Source: an uncultured Burkholderiales bacterium
GTDB taxonomy: Bacteria > Actinomycetota > Acidimicrobiia > IMCC26256 > JAGPDB01
Direction of reading: 5' to 3'
NCBI GenBank assembly: GCA_964391505.1
Contig: CAYMMG010000002.1
Location: 38,455 to 102,454, forward strand
Length of the DNA stretch: 64,000 bases
Positions 36,763 through 45,251 of this stretch are shown piece after piece. Both the position numbers and the translations under genes were made by a program. Every line of letters starts with the position of its first letter. Within the stretch, counting starts at the first letter, position 1. The notes under the pieces are model-generated. The model ran no database searches, was not told the DNA's origin, and was given only the letters and a program-made list of their open reading frames with translations.

Positions 36763-37526
36763 TATTTAGTTTTCTTAGTCGTTGCTTTCTTTGCAACAGG
36801 TTTTTTCGTAGCAGGCTTTGCCTTAGCTACAGCCTTCTTAGGCGCTGCCTTCGTAGGAGTTTTCTTTGCAACTTCTTTTTTAGCAGCAGGCTTTGCCTTA
36901 GCTGCTGGTTTCTTCGGAGCCTCTTTTGCCTTAGCTGCAGCTTTTGCGTCCGCAACCGCTTTCTTTGCAGCCTTAACTTTCTTTTGCTCTTTCGCATTCT
37001 TCTTTTTTGTTGCAATGACATCAGAAACGTCTTCTTGGTTTAACACCTTATTCAAAGTTTCTTCTGCTTGTTCGCGATTGAGGTCAAGCGCATAACTGAG
37101 CTCGGAAGTTAAAATGTTGCGTGCTTGAGAAAGCATTCTCTTTTCACCGGCTGAAAGTCCTTTGTCGCCATCGCGAGAAGAAAGGTTTCGCACAACTTCT
37201 GCAACCTGATAAATGTCTCCACTCTTGAGTTTTTCGATATGGTTCTTGAATCGGCGAGACCAGTTTGACGGTGTACGTGCGTCGGTTTTCCGAATAACAG
37301 CAAAAACTTCTTCTACTTCTTCCGTATTAATTACGTCACGAATTCCAATTTCATCTACACGTTCAGCGGGTACGCGTACGACGAGATCGGTGTAAGCCAC
37401 ACGCATCACAAGGTATTCGACGTTCTTGGTCTTACCTTCAATTTCTATTTTTCGCTTTTCGCGTTTTTCGACTGTTGCTGCTCCATGATGGGGATAAACA
37501 ACCTTGTCACCGACACTGAAGGCCAT
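36762..37526 (-). CDS. carD: CarD-family RNA-polymerase-binding regulator with Lys/Ala-rich C-terminal tail
   Basis: 'FSVGDKVVYPHHGAATV...YLVMRVAYTDLVVRVP...SNWSRRFK'. Residues from about 170 to 254 are a KA/KP-rich low-complexity tail. Confidence 0.9.
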   Translation of the reverse strand: MAFSVGDKVVYPHHGAATVEKREKRKIEIEGKTKNVEYLVMRVAYTDLVVRVPAERVDEIGIRDVINTEEVEEVFAVIRKTDARTPSNWSRRFKNHIEKLKSGDIYQVAEVVRNLSSRDGDKGLSAGEKRMLSQARNILTSELSYALDLNREQAEETLNKVLNQEDVSDVIATKKKNAKEQKKVKAAKKAVADAKAAAKAKEAPKKPAAKAKPAAKKEVAKKTPTKAAPKKAVAKAKPATKKPVAKKATTKKTK

Positions 37527-37646
37527 AATGTTCCTTTTAGGTAGTTTGTGAAGTAATTGGTCTTATATTGTACCTCATTTTGGAACTTTTATAAACCTGG
37601 GCGCTTGCTTTGTCAGACTGTCGGCAGTTCGTAAGAAAGGCTTGTC

Positions 37647-38432
37647 ATGGATTTTGGAATTGAAGGAAAGGTAGCTCTGGTTTCAGGGGGCACGCAGGGC
37701 ATCGGGCTCGCAGCTGCACAAGCCTTATTAAATGAAGGCGTACACGTTGCGATTTTCTCTCGCAATGCCGACAATATTAATGAAGCGATTGAAACTCTGA
37801 ATGTGAGCAATTCGAACCTTATCGGTTTTCCCTCTGATCTCAGTGATGAAAAATCTATCGATGAGATGCTCGCTCGCGTTCGCACGCAGCTTGGTGAGAT
37901 CAATATTTTCGTGGGTAGTTCAGGTGGCCCGTCTTTTGGTCAGGCTCACGAGCTCTCACGTGATGATCTCATTGCTGCACTCGAATCTAATTTCATCGCA
38001 CTCGCTACGCTGACCAATAAATTACTTCCCGACATGCAATCCAAAAGTTGGGGAAGAATTGTCTATGTCACGACAAGCGGTGTTGTTCAACCAGTTCCCA
38101 ATCTTGCGTTATCGAATGTTGCGCGTTCTGCATTAACGAGCTTTACGAAAACTCTTTCTAACGAAGTTGCTGCACAAGGGATCACCGTCAATACTGTTAT
38201 TCCCGGAAGAATCGACACACCACGTTTACAAGAAGTAACACGAAATGAAGCAAGAACAATTGGAATAACCTACGAAGAAAAACTCACTCAGGACGGGAAA
38301 GCTATTCCGGCTGGCCGATACGGTCGTGCAGAAGAAATTGCAAATGCGATCGTCTTTTTATGTTCCCAACCTGCGTCGTACATCACCGGCGTTCGTCTTG
38401 CCGTTGATGGCGGATTAATTAAGAGCGTTTAG
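37647..38432 (+). CDS. SDR-family oxidoreductase (divergent catalytic motif)
   Basis: 'KVALVSGGTQGIGLA' Rossmann motif. 'SNVAR' stands where YxxxK is expected. 'ITVNTVIPGRIDT'. Confidence 0.75.
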   Translation: MDFGIEGKVALVSGGTQGIGLAAAQALLNEGVHVAIFSRNADNINEAIETLNVSNSNLIGFPSDLSDEKSIDEMLARVRTQLGEINIFVGSSGGPSFGQAHELSRDDLIAALESNFIALATLTNKLLPDMQSKSWGRIVYVTTSGVVQPVPNLALSNVARSALTSFTKTLSNEVAAQGITVNTVIPGRIDTPRLQEVTRNEARTIGITYEEKLTQDGKAIPAGRYGRAEEIANAIVFLCSQPASYITGVRLAVDGGLIKSV

Positions 38433-38441
38433 TAGATCTGT

Positions 38442-39227
38442 TCACGAACCAGTAATCAGAGCAAATGCTTTCGTCCACGCAGCTTTCGCATCGGCTGCAC
38501 GATAACTATCCCGGTCGGGATCGTGCATGAAAGCATGTTCGGCCTCAGGGAAAATCATCAATTCCGAACCAATAGCTTTGTGATACTCAGTATCCAGAAC
38601 TTCCGATAGTTTTTGCACATCGTCGCTCGGCGTGTAGTGATCTCGACCACCCAGAATTGCAAGTAAACGTGATGAAGTATCCATTGCGACATAATCGAGC
38701 GGTTCGCGTTGACCCGGCCCCTTCCATGCATCTGGCAAAGTAATCATTCCATAACAAGAAACGACAGCATCAAATTCTCCGGTCCCCGCACACTTGAACG
38801 CGTACATTCCACCGATACAAAAACCAATCATTGATACACGGGCGCAGTTGTGTTGTGTACGCAATATTTTTCCTGCTGCCAAAAGGTCTGCGCATTGCAT
38901 TGTGTCGTCGAGATCTTTAATCCGAGCAAACTTTTCATCGCGCGTCAATTCGGATGGATTTTCTGACATATGAGAAAAAGGTTCTACTGCAATAGTTGCA
39001 ATACCCAAACCCGCAAGCTGCGCAACCGTGTCATCGACGAGTGGTCGTAATCCATTGATATCGGGATGAAGAACAAGACCAACATGTGTTGCGTCTTTAG
39101 GAAAGGCCACCGTTACAGAGGTTCCCGACGACAACACGGAATGGTTAAGTTGCACGTCGTGTTTCCCTGCAGGAAGAAAGTCGAGCATGCAAGCCAGCTT
39201 ACCGTGAATCATCGATAGATAAGACAA
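38442..39227 (-). CDS. dienelactone-hydrolase-family protein
   Basis: Nucleophile elbow 'GFCIGG' (Cys type) and 'PEAEHAF'. TTG start; internal Met starts are possible. Confidence 0.75.
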   Translation of the reverse strand: MSYLSMIHGKLACMLDFLPAGKHDVQLNHSVLSSGTSVTVAFPKDATHVGLVLHPDINGLRPLVDDTVAQLAGLGIATIAVEPFSHMSENPSELTRDEKFARIKDLDDTMQCADLLAAGKILRTQHNCARVSMIGFCIGGMYAFKCAGTGEFDAVVSCYGMITLPDAWKGPGQREPLDYVAMDTSSRLLAILGGRDHYTPSDDVQKLSEVLDTEYHKAIGSELMIFPEAEHAFMHDPDRDSYRAADAKAAWTKAFALITGS

Positions 39228-39229
39228 CA

Positions 39230-39333
39230 GTCATTCTGAGGCTTTATCTGCCATCCCTTCATTCGCTTCGCTCTCTCGAGGGCAGGCTCTGAACGAAGGA
39301 AAGGATCTCCAGGTTCAAGTCCAGGTGGTGCAC
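39230..39333 (+). repeat. composite repeat: GTCATTCTGAG...GAAAGGATCTC plus degenerate T-arm-like 'GGTTCAAGTCC'
   Basis: 'GTCATTCTGAGGCTTT...CTGAACGAAGGAAAGGATCTCCAGGTTCAAGTCCAGGTGGTGCAC'. Confidence 0.7.
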
Positions 39334-39345
39334 TGCTGCTTCTAT

Positions 39346-39747
39346 TCAAGAGGTTTCGCCAAATAGTATTGTCAAAATAATGGTGATAGCCGCAAGAGCC
39401 AACACGGGTATGATCAGGTACAAAGTAAATTTAAAACTTATTGGTCCACGTGCGTTCCAATAATCCGCATATGTTGCTTTTCGCAAAAACCATATAACTG
39501 GAATCCATGCGATGAAATACTGCACGGTACAAAGAACTATAAAAAATACGGGATGCTCTCTCGGAACAAAGTGTAGAGGACTCCAATCAAATCTGCGTGC
39601 CAGAGTTTCATAAGAAATTGCTTCTACACATACCGCAAATATCACAATAAAGTGGTTAACGATTCCAAAGAGTATTCCGAAAGACCATTTCCATCTTTTA
39701 GGTATTCGTGAATCATCTCGAAGCTTTTCTCTTCTCATGTTTCTCAT
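39346..39747 (-). CDS. hypothetical membrane protein (133 aa, 4 TM)
   Basis: Hydrophobic segments; no motif recognised. Confidence 0.45.
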   Translation of the reverse strand: MRNMRREKLRDDSRIPKRWKWSFGILFGIVNHFIVIFAVCVEAISYETLARRFDWSPLHFVPREHPVFFIVLCTVQYFIAWIPVIWFLRKATYADYWNARGPISFKFTLYLIIPVLALAAITIILTILFGETS

Positions 39748-39849
39748 AATAGTGTCCAGTCTTCAAACAGAATTTGGTTAAAAGCCGGTAAGCAGTATCT
39801 GTGAAGAGTTGTCTGACTGCTGTTCATTAGAAATTCTGGGGCGTTACCT

Positions 39850-39903
39850 GTCATCCAAAACGAAGTGAAGGATCTACGGGTTCAAGTCCCGTGGGGCGTA
39901 CCA
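39850..39903 (+). repeat. composite repeat ending in a tRNA 3'-half-like motif (T-arm + 7 nt + ACCA)
   Basis: 'GTCATCCAAAACGAAGTGAAGGATCT-ACGGG-TTCAAGT-CCCGT-GGGGCGT-A-CCA'. Flanked by the direct repeat TGGGGCGT(T)ACC. Confidence 0.7.
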
Positions 39904-39925
39904 ACTACTGATGTCTGCTTATTTT

Positions 39926-40405
39926 CTACTTCTCAACTTGGCCGATGGCTTCACCTATGATCAAATAAATCTTTCGAAAATCTGAGAGGTCATAGTCGCA
40001 AGACGAGATCTCAATCTTTGTATCTCCAGAGTGAAATACCATCTCGGTATCAGAGCCGTCAGCCCATGAATCGCAAAATTCTTCACTTTTTTTGGAATCC
40101 TCGAGCTTATTGAGCTGATCTGTTATAGCTGCTTTAAAATTACTAAGTATACGTGTGTCATATTTTCCTCGATGAGTCTCTGAAGCATATTCAGAAATCC
40201 AGCTACCGTCACTAAAAACTCGTAACTCCGTTTGATCACAAGGACCGGCACAATATCCACCTTCAGTTTGTAAAGTAAATATCACAGATCTTGCAGGACG
40301 ATTGGAATGCCCTGAAGTACTGTTCGGCATTATAAAAAAATATGTGCCAAGAATTACCATTAAAGTGCCAAGTATGACTATAGATACAAGTTTTGTGCGT
40401 TTCAT
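39926..40405 (-). CDS. hypothetical exported/anchored protein (159 aa)
   Basis: N-terminal hydrophobic segment 'LVSIVILGTLMVILGTYFFIM'; no motif recognised. Confidence 0.45.
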   Translation of the reverse strand: MKRTKLVSIVILGTLMVILGTYFFIMPNSTSGHSNRPARSVIFTLQTEGGYCAGPCDQTELRVFSDGSWISEYASETHRGKYDTRILSNFKAAITDQLNKLEDSKKSEEFCDSWADGSDTEMVFHSGDTKIEISSCDYDLSDFRKIYLIIGEAIGQVEK

Positions 40406-40524
40406 ATATTATGAGACGCCACAATTAGCTATAAAAGTTCCCAGTTTTGAATAAATTTTTCATCTATATACCGATGCTACTTAGGAGATTAATACCGAAT
40501 ACCCACTCCTCAAATCGGTTCCAA

Positions 40525-41100
40525 TCAGAAATGGTGGGGCGTACCGTTACTTTTGTTGTACTGTAAATGAACTGTCCCGTTATCAAATTTTTGTAGAGCT
40601 GTAAGTTCAAGTTGGGAAGTCATATTTTCCGGAAGCCAGTTTGTTCCGTTGCCAAGAATTACGGGGGCAATAAATTGATGATATTCATCAATAATGTTGG
40701 CCTTAATTGCGCTTGTCGCTAAGTGAGGGCCACCAATATTAAAATCCTTGTCTGATTCTGACATCATTTTTTGAATTTCCTCTAAGTCGAATACGCGCTC
40801 AAGAGATGTGTTATCTGTTGTCACCTCAGACAGCGAAGAAGAATAAACAATCTTGCTGGCTCCCCGCCAAATCTCAGCAAACTCGTTCGTTGCCTCACTC
40901 TCATCATTTGCAGGCATAGCGTCCCAAACTTTCATTAGTTCATACACTTTCCTCCCAAACAAAAACGTGCCTACATTCCGCAAATTTTCATTTATACAAC
41001 GATGAACTTCTTCGCTTGGTGTAGTGAAGTCAAAATTTCCGCTCTTATCTGAGACATACCCGTCAACTGAGGTGGTGAGTAAATAAATCAATTTTCCCAT
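40525..41100 (-). CDS. RibD_C / dihydrofolate-reductase-like family protein
   Basis: 'MGKLIYLLTTSVDGYVSDKSGNFDF...FLFGRKVYELM'. Confidence 0.7.
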   Translation of the reverse strand: MGKLIYLLTTSVDGYVSDKSGNFDFTTPSEEVHRCINENLRNVGTFLFGRKVYELMKVWDAMPANDESEATNEFAEIWRGASKIVYSSSLSEVTTDNTSLERVFDLEEIQKMMSESDKDFNIGGPHLATSAIKANIIDEYHQFIAPVILGNGTNWLPENMTSQLELTALQKFDNGTVHLQYNKSNGTPHHF

Positions 41101-41161
41101 TCAACTATTATTCCATATCTATTAGTGCTGCCAGGGTCGCAACACCTCGACGTATAGGGTA

Positions 41162-41188
41162 GAGATCCTTCGCTCCGTTCAGGATGAC
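41162..41188 (-). repeat. GTCATCCTGAG...GAAGGATCTC dispersed repeat (short copy)
   Basis: 'GAGATCCTTCGCTCCGTTCAGGATGAC'. Confidence 0.65.
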
Positions 41189-41236
41189 GTATTGAGCCAA
41201 GGATAACGTGCTTCGTTCTGGAAGAAAGCAGCCGAA

Positions 41237-42610
41237 TTAGATTCCGAGGTTACAGAGAACAACAGCTAAAGAATCAACATTATCAATTGTGATACTTTTT
41301 CGATCAGCTGCAGAAAGTTCTGATTTGCCACTGTTGAGATGAATCTGTTCATGACCGCGTCGCGCTGCTTCACGCACACGACGAGACGCATGGGTAGATG
41401 GGCGAAGTTCTCCTGACAACCCCACTTCTCCTGCAAAAACATCATTGCGATCAATAATGACATCTCGATCTGCGGAAGCAATCGCCACACAAATAGCCAA
41501 GTCGAGCCCAGCATCCTTGACTCGGATTCCACCCACCAATGAAACATATACATCGCATTGCGACACATTGACGTTGCACCGCTTATGTAAAACCGCAATC
41601 AGACTCGAGACGCGCGCATTATCTACACCTTGAACCACACGGCGAGGAACCGGTGCGGTAGTTGGAACAACGAGGGCTTGAACTTCAACGAGAAAAGGAC
41701 GTGAACCATCAACCGCTGCAGCAACAGCCAGACCCGAAGGTCGAGCCAGACCGGTCATGGCCATTAATGCACTTGGGTCGTCCAGTGCGATAAGCCCATG
41801 TTCTGTCATATCAAAAAGACCAAGTTCTTCAGTCGTTCCAAACCGATGTTTGGTAGCACGCAAAGTTCGCACCAAAGCATGATCATCACCTTCGAATGAC
41901 AAAACCGTGTCAACAACGTGTTCAAGGACACGCGGACCAGCGAGTGTTCCCTCTTTTGTCACTTGTCCAACAACAATGACTGTGGTTGTTGTCGACTTTG
42001 CAAACTCGGTAAGGCGATGCGCACATTCACGCACTTGGGAAACTGTACCTGCCGATGATGAAATGTCGTTACACACAAGCGTATGAATAGAGTCGACAAT
42101 AACGACGGAACTTTTCGTTTCACCCGCATGATGAATGATGTCTTCGATGCGCGAGGTAGAAACGACTTTGATGAGATCAGAATCAACACCCAGACGCGAT
42201 GCGCGTCCGCGAATTTGCGCATTGGATTCTTCAGCACTTGCATAGAGCGATGCTGTATTTCGTTTTGCCAATGAACCAACAATCTGCATCACCAAAGTGG
42301 ATTTCCCAATTCCAGGTTCGCCGCCAATAAGCGTAACGGAACCAGGAACCAGGCCACCACCCACCACATGGTCGAACTCATCAATTCCTGTGGGGATAGG
42401 GGTTGATTCGAGGATATCGACATCGCTCAACGAAACCACAGTCGATGCAACCGAAGCAGATCGCGTGATCATGGGATCTGCTTCGGCAGTGTTTCCGATA
42501 ACGGATTCGACGAGAGTGTTCCACCCGCCGCATTCATTACAACGCCCAAGCCACTTGGGAAATTGACTTGCACATGTCTGGCACTCGAAAACTGTTCGCG
42601 TTTTGGTCAT
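41237..42610 (-). CDS. radA: DNA repair protein RadA
   Basis: Zinc finger 'CQTCASQFPKWLGRCNECGGWNT', Walker A 'GGEPGIGKST', Lon-like C-terminus. Confidence 0.95.
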   Translation of the reverse strand: MTKTRTVFECQTCASQFPKWLGRCNECGGWNTLVESVIGNTAEADPMITRSASVASTVVSLSDVDILESTPIPTGIDEFDHVVGGGLVPGSVTLIGGEPGIGKSTLVMQIVGSLAKRNTASLYASAEESNAQIRGRASRLGVDSDLIKVVSTSRIEDIIHHAGETKSSVVIVDSIHTLVCNDISSSAGTVSQVRECAHRLTEFAKSTTTTVIVVGQVTKEGTLAGPRVLEHVVDTVLSFEGDDHALVRTLRATKHRFGTTEELGLFDMTEHGLIALDDPSALMAMTGLARPSGLAVAAAVDGSRPFLVEVQALVVPTTAPVPRRVVQGVDNARVSSLIAVLHKRCNVNVSQCDVYVSLVGGIRVKDAGLDLAICVAIASADRDVIIDRNDVFAGEVGLSGELRPSTHASRRVREAARRGHEQIHLNSGKSELSAADRKSITIDNVDSLAVVLCNLGI

Positions 42611-42664
42611 GTGCCTGTTTCTTTCTGCTTTTAGGGTCGTACCTTGGAAAGATAAAGACAGAGT

Positions 42665-43492
42665 CTATAAAGGCTCAATCTTTTCCGAGGTGCGGCCCTC
42701 CCCTGTTTGAGCGGTTTCTTCTACTACTGGTGATACTAAACGGGGGGTACGACATAATTTCCACAAGAGAATCAAGCCAATCACGGCGCAGGCAATCGCA
42801 CCAGCCATATTGGCAAGAAAGCGCGTTCTCACAACATCGTTTGAAACATCCAAAGTTTTTTTATCGACATTATCGCCTGAAATGGAAACTTCATCACGTT
42901 GTCCTTTTTGTTTCAGAATCACTGTCAGCTTTGTAGAAGTCATCGCATTATTAATAATCGTTTCGAATTCAGAAAATTCCATGCCTGATTCTTCGACCGC
43001 TACTTTTACTGCATCATCTTTCAGATACAGATCACGCAACCGAGAAACATCAATATCAATCAAAGCCTCCTGCTTTTCCTTTACGAGCGACGTCTTAGAA
43101 AAAAGAGATGCATTAATAACATCGGGAGGCGCGAGTACAGACAGCGCAGCTTGCAACTGTTTTTCATTAGCGAAGGAAGCAGAAATGTCGATGCGACCTG
43201 GCGCCCCATGAGTATCTTTCACCGTGACTTTAAAGCCCGCCTTTTTTAATTTCTCCGTATCAAAGATTGCAGACAGCGTCGACTTCTCATATACATCTCG
43301 GCGAACAGCAGAAGCTGCTTGTTCATCCAAAACAAGAGAAAAGGTCATTGTCCCGCTCGTTTTTTCTCCCAGCTCGATAGTGAGCGTACTCGTGGCCTTA
43401 CATCCACTTAAAGCGATACATAACACAACACCCACAGCGACAATCTTGGACGCCGTGCGAACGCGATACCGCGATAATCCCCGACGATTCAC
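42665..43492 (-). CDS. putative lipoprotein with additional C-terminal TM segment
   Basis: Start taken at GTG (43492), giving 'MNRRGLSRYRVRTASKIVAVGVVLCIALSGC' (lipobox LSGC). C-terminal 'AGAIACAVIGLILLW'. The track ORF extends further, antisense to the aqpZ start. Confidence 0.5.
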   Translation of the reverse strand: MNRRGLSRYRVRTASKIVAVGVVLCIALSGCKATSTLTIELGEKTSGTMTFSLVLDEQAASAVRRDVYEKSTLSAIFDTEKLKKAGFKVTVKDTHGAPGRIDISASFANEKQLQAALSVLAPPDVINASLFSKTSLVKEKQEALIDIDVSRLRDLYLKDDAVKVAVEESGMEFSEFETIINNAMTSTKLTVILKQKGQRDEVSISGDNVDKKTLDVSNDVVRTRFLANMAGAIACAVIGLILLWKLCRTPRLVSPVVEETAQTGEGRTSEKIEPL

Positions 43493-43547
43493 AATGGCTG
43501 TACTACTGTTCTGACTCTTATCACATGCTCTGACATAAGGAGGCGAC

Positions 43548-44309
43548 GTGAAAGACAACAATGTAAAAATTTTCATCGCAGAACTCATCGGTACGATGGT
43601 ACTTGTCTTGGGTGGCTGCGGTACAGCTGTACTGGCAACAGGGGGATTTCCCATTGATGCCGAGAATGGTTTAGGGCTCAGTGTGGGCGTCCTCGGGGTG
43701 GCCATCGCATTCGGTCTCACCGTATTGGTCATGGCTTATGCCATTGGACCAATCTCTGGATGTCACATCAACCCTGCTGTAACTCTGGGCATGGTCATCG
43801 CCAAGAAAACACAAGCATCAATGCTTCCTATCTATTGGGCAGCACAGTTCGCTGGTGGAATCGCGGGGGCACTGGTCATCAAAGTTATAGCCAGTGGCGT
43901 TAAGGGCTGGAAGATGCCTACAGGCGCTGGAGCATTCGCAACCAACGGTTACGGAAAACTTTCTCCCGGAGGATTTTCTCTCGGAGCAGTTGCAGTCGCC
44001 GAAGTTATTCTGACAGCATTGTTTGTGTTGGTCGTTATTCACACAACGCGTAAAGATTTTGCAGCTGGTTTTGGCGGAATTGCGGCAGGCTTAATGCTCA
44101 CCCTTGTTCACCTCATCTCGATTCCTGTGAGTAACACATCAGTGAACCCTGCACGAAGCTTCGGTGTTGCATTGTTCAAAGGTGGAGATGCATTGAGCTC
44201 GCAGGTGTGGGCATTCTTTGTGTTCCCTTTTGTGGGAGCCATCATTGCTGCCGTGATTGCTGCTTATGTCTTAACGGAAAACAAGAAAGTCACGACGACA
44301 GCTAATTAG
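43548..44309 (+). CDS. aqpZ: aquaporin Z (MIP family)
   Basis: Two NPA boxes ('HINPAVT', 'VNPARS'). AGGAGG lies 7 nt upstream of the GTG start. Confidence 0.9.
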   Translation: MKDNNVKIFIAELIGTMVLVLGGCGTAVLATGGFPIDAENGLGLSVGVLGVAIAFGLTVLVMAYAIGPISGCHINPAVTLGMVIAKKTQASMLPIYWAAQFAGGIAGALVIKVIASGVKGWKMPTGAGAFATNGYGKLSPGGFSLGAVAVAEVILTALFVLVVIHTTRKDFAAGFGGIAAGLMLTLVHLISIPVSNTSVNPARSFGVALFKGGDALSSQVWAFFVFPFVGAIIAAVIAAYVLTENKKVTTTAN

Positions 44310-44314
44310 TGGAT

Positions 44315-44341
44315 GTCATCCTGAGCGCAAAGAAGGATTTC
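44315..44341 (+). repeat. GTCATCCTGAG...GAAGGAT dispersed repeat (short copy)
   Basis: 'GTCATCCTGAGCGCAAAGAAGGATTTC'. Confidence 0.65.
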
Positions 44342-44361
44342 AGGATTACAGCAATATATTG

Positions 44362-44392
44362 AAAAGTGGGGTGCAATTGCGCCCCACTTTTT
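44362..44392 (+). terminator. rho-independent terminator after aqpZ
   Basis: 'AAAAGTGGGGTGC-AATT-GCGCCCCACTTTTT'. Confidence 0.7.
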
Positions 44393-44437
44393 CGTATGTG
44401 TAAGATTTGTGCTTTCGAGACATCAAAGGATTGAGCA

Positions 44438-45208
44438 ATGAGTAGTTTCAGCACTGATAGCCGTATTGCAGCAACACCGCGCCAAGCACTTCATCTTGCG
44501 GATGCAGAAGCGCGCCTGTTAAACCACAATTACATTGGCACAGAGCACATACTTTTAGGTCTTATCCATGAAGGTGAAGAAGACGAGAGTATTGCCGCAA
44601 AAGTTCTAGCGTCACTAGGCATCTCACTCGAAGCTGCTCGCGAGCAAGTCAAAGTTATTGTTGGCCCGGGAGAGGTTCCTCTTGATAAACAAATTCTCTT
44701 TACTCCCCGTACCAAGAAAGTTTTAGAACTCTCACTGCGTGAATCATTTCTACTGGGTTCTCCTACCATCGAAACTGAACATATCTTGCTCGGACTCATC
44801 CGTGAAGGCGAAGGAGTCGGTGCACAGATTCTCGCAAAACTGGGTGCGGACCTTCCTCGTGTTCGCCAAGCAATTATCAACGAAATTGCAGACAAGCCTC
44901 TCAGCGCAGAAATTACTGACGAGGATGCACCCACTGGTGAACCTCTCACACATCGTTCCCTTGGAGCGGTAGCTGCTGACGTTATGGGAGCGGGATACCA
45001 CTTGCGCGCAATGGCCCGGGGAACTCATCAACCTGGCGAAGAACCACCTGTTGTAACCGAAACAGAGATACGTCATAGTGTCGAACTTTTGAGACGTCTT
45101 GCCGATGACCTAGTGAGCATTCCTTTTCGTGAAATCAAAGCTTCACTACAGGCCAACCGACCTACAGAAACAGCAAAAGCTCAGGAACCACGTACACCCG
45201 ATTTATAA
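44438..45208 (+). CDS. stand-alone Clp_N (double Clp-repeat) domain protein 1, with about 100-aa unknown C-terminal region
   Basis: '[24 protein letters not shown]...' and a second repeat '[30 protein letters not shown]'. No AAA+ module. Confidence 0.85.
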   Translation: MSSFSTDSRIAATPRQALHLADAEARLLNHNYIGTEHILLGLIHEGEEDESIAAKVLASLGISLEAAREQVKVIVGPGEVPLDKQILFTPRTKKVLELSLRESFLLGSPTIETEHILLGLIREGEGVGAQILAKLGADLPRVRQAIINEIADKPLSAEITDEDAPTGEPLTHRSLGAVAADVMGAGYHLRAMARGTHQPGEEPPVVTETEIRHSVELLRRLADDLVSIPFREIKASLQANRPTETAKAQEPRTPDL

Positions 45209-45251
45209 ATAGCTAAATAAACCCTCGACACCACAAAGCAAAGGATTGACC

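Noticed and set aside
39837-39903. Possible genuine tRNA or tmRNA gene
   Set aside because: Only a T-arm, a 7-nt acceptor-like 3' strand and ACCA are present. The would-be 5' strand is a direct repeat, not a complementary one, and no D or anticodon arm can be drawn. Kept only as a tRNA-like relic or repeat.
43493-43732. N-terminal 80 codons of track ORF 42665..43732
   Set aside because: Antisense to the aqpZ start and its SD. A GTG at 43492 gives a textbook lipoprotein signal peptide instead.
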